From the NCBI RefSeq assembly GCF_009914755.1, contig NC_060926.1: a stretch of DNA of 64,000 nucleotides, one strand, 5' to 3'. The notes beneath the pieces were generated by a model that saw nothing but the letters and a program-made list of their open reading frames with translations, did not search any database and had not been told where the DNA came from. The translations under genes were made by a program, and so were the position numbers. This DNA comes from the human T2T-CHM13v2.0 reference genome, Homo sapiens. Positions 60,889 through 64,000 of this stretch are shown here, piece after piece. Within the stretch, counting starts at the first letter, position 1. Each line of letters opens with the position of its first letter.

Positions 60889-61742
60889 TAGCTCCTGCCC
60901 AATAGATACTGCAAATCAACATGTTAGCATACTTGTTTATAACTTAAAGATCTCCTGAAACCATCAATGGGAAACTTAAGAACATGACCTGTCAGGAGCA
61001 TACTGATCCTCAAGGGAGTTTTCCCATTGCTCAAGTGATTCTCCTGCCTTGGCCTCCCAAAGTGCTGGGATTACAGGTGTGAGCCACTACACCCGGCCTC
61101 GATTGCTCTTTTGAGGAACATTCTGTCACCATCGAGAATTTTCCCCATAAATCCTCAGGAAAATAACTTATTGAAAATGTTCCTTGGTCAATGCCCATTT
61201 CTTAGTCAATGTCCATGAATGGGTGGGGGACTTGGGCAGGTTACATTGACCAAGTTGGCATATGCATAACTTGTCCTAGATACTTGATTATGTCTAGGCA
61301 TTAGGCCACTAGGTAAAGTTGCTAGACTGCTCCAAATGACACAGCTACCTTTGACTCTCCCATAAAGATCTCCCCGTGTGTAGATTACTCATGTTGAGAG
61401 TTCTGAATGCTGCCATTCAGCTGGGTATCTGGTCTACACCCAGAGTAAGTCATGGGACTTATTTGATGGAGAACTGTAAAATTGTGTGACTTGATCAGCA
61501 AGCAAAGTTGTTTTTCTGATGTCAAAATTTCAAGTCGACAGAGCATTCAAAATTGCTCCTCTAGGTTTGTAAGAGACTAGGTCCAGAAAGAGAGACCAGG
61601 GCTGAATGTACAGGTGATCTGACACCAACTCATCTAAGAAAGCCCGGGGGTTCAGCTCTAAGGGGTGAAGCACAGATTTGTCACCTACATAGCTGGGCAC
61701 TTGCCAAACCATTGCTCTTATTTGGAACATATCATTGGTTCA

Positions 61743-62070
<328 letters not shown>

Positions 62071-62077
62071 GTATTGA

Positions 62078-62235
62078 TGGTGGCAGGTACCTGTAATCCC
62101 AGCTACTTGGGAGGCTGAGGCAGGAGAATCGCTTGAACCTGGAGGCGGAGATTGCAGTGAGCTGAGATTGCACCACTTCACTCTAGCCTGGTGACAGAGC
62201 GAGACTCATTCTCAGAAAGAATGAATGAATAAATA
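62078..62235 (+). mobile_element. Alu right monomer (5'-truncated) within an L2 terminus
   Basis: tggtggcaggtacctgtaatcccagc…gcgagactc; L2-like ttcatttaacaaata… before and …tattgagcacctactacatg after. Confidence 0.9.
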
Positions 62236-63464
62236 AATATTGAGCACCTACTACATGTCAGACAGTGGGAATACAAGAGTGAACAGATATTTATCTTCTC
62301 AGATATTTTACGTGTTTATTAAAGTAATGGAGGTAGTCCAGAAGAGCTTGTGATGGGAAGCTGCAGTCTCTTGCCTTGTCAATACCCCTCCCTAGCCCCT
62401 GCTTTGATCTGTTTATGATTTAATTCTTTTGGTGGTTATCTCTTTATAATATGTTCTATTCTATTTCTTGGTTTATGAATGTTAGATAATATTTTTAACT
62501 CCCACTATGAAAAATGAGGATTTAACTCATTTATACTATGTTCACCTAACCTCACCTCTCTTCTCTCTCCTTTCCTTTAGTCTTTGATGATGATTGAATT
62601 AGAATGTTGAATATGCGCCCCCCCCCCACCCTGCCCCACAGCCATCACTGGAAGCTGCAAAGTTGAAAACAATAGGTGGCAGCGACAGATATCCTCACAT
62701 TCTAAACAGAGGCACCAAACTCTCTACATGCAGGACCTGCTAAAAGAACATCCCCATGGAATCTAGCCCATCACCACCTCCAGGTGATAAGTGAGAGAAG
62801 GGAAGAGTTGGAGAGAGATGGGAGAGTAAGAATTTCTTTTGGAGTGGGGGTTATTGGGTTCTTCCTTCCTACCTTAAACCAAGAGAGAAGGGTCTTTAAG
62901 ATTGCCTCTAAGAAAAATGATGGTCTTTGCCAGAAGGAGATTGGCACATGTTTCTCCTTTAGGTACCACAACCCTGGGATGTCTTTTTCATGAATGATGC
63001 TTGTGTTTTTCTCTGAGATCTTGGATTCTGGATCTATGATTCCTATTTCACCTTTCTTTTTAAGATGACAACTGATTTAGACTCCTTTCCTGAAGTGTAC
63101 ACAGTAACCTAATTTCTCTTCCATGATATGGAACAATAGCTCCCTGTACGTGTATCACATCCACTGAAGACTTTTGCTTTATAAGTTTAGGTAGGCTATG
63201 CCAGATCTCTGGGGATAAGGGGCACTAGGCTTTTCCTCAACCCCAAGAACTCATTCTCAAATCCTTCTCCAATCAAAATGATATCCCCTTTTCCTCTGTC
63301 ACTCCCTCATCCTTACTAAGCCATGCTTACTAGTGTCCCCACTGTTGATTCTTTCTCCAGTCCAAGGAAGGCCAAGAACATTTTCTCTCTGGTTCCAATT
63401 TGATCAGTAGTTGGTAGTGGGTGCCATAATGTTATAAAGAATTAGGTTTTTATAGGGGACACAC

Positions 63465-63920
63465 TATGGTTATTCCTCACATCCATTCCAGCCCAGATGG
63501 ATGAGTCTATCATCTCCTTCCCTGGGCCAGTGGCTAACTGAGGAAAGGGCAACAACCTGACTTTGAACACTGAGATGTCAGGAGAAGCCTGCTGGTGGTT
63601 TCTGGGAAAGTTCAGTTTTCTCCTACAGGTAGAGAAAGATTATCTCTCTGGACCTTGTCTTCCTGGATATGATTTCTGCTGTAGCCATCTTTCAATCAGG
63701 TTAAAGATGAAGCCAATTTTGAGGATGAAACAAGAGACAGATGGAGAGAAACCAGGTCCTTGATGACTTAATTTAGCCCCCAAATCAACTAACCCTAAAG
63801 TTCGCTCTTCTTCTGACCTTCCTAAATTCCTGTTACGCGAGACAGTGCATTTCCATGTTGTTTAACCCAATTTGAGTCGAGGTTTCTGTTGTGTGCAGCT
63901 GAAGTCAAACTAACTGATAT
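63465..63920 (+). mobile_element. Old MaLR LTR (MLT1J/K-like)
   Basis: tgagatgtcaggagaagcctgctgg…ttctgggaaag…ggtccttgatgac…gtttctgttgtgtgcagctgaag…taactgatata. Confidence 0.7.
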
Positions 63921-64000
63921 AATGTCCCAAGTCATGTCGAATTGGTGTGAAAGGGTGCTGTGATCCATTAGCTATGTCTGTCAAAGGTGGGGGTTTCAAC

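Overview
This window is primate (human-like) non-coding genomic DNA, not microbial. I find no credible intact protein-coding gene, tRNA, rRNA or CRISPR array. Nearly all ORFs in the track are Alu, L1, LTR, Tigger1 or simple-repeat read-throughs. The only gene-derived sequence is a minus-strand processed pseudogene of polyubiquitin B (UBB) with two coding units instead of three, a decayed A-tail and a 15-bp target-site duplication (TSD). The rest is layered transposon debris: about 20 Alus, L1, L2, MIR, MaLR/ERVL solo LTRs, a full-length nested Tigger1 and hAT-Charlie MITEs. It also holds a ~3.7-kb AT-rich, palindrome-rich compound minisatellite that appears to have grown inside an LTR. Several repeat-free islands carry clustered transcription-factor motifs and may be enhancers. 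I found no evidence of a new biological system; the most notable items are unusual insertion and repeat architectures. Subfamily calls come from recalled consensus sequences, and boundaries without a TSD are approximate.
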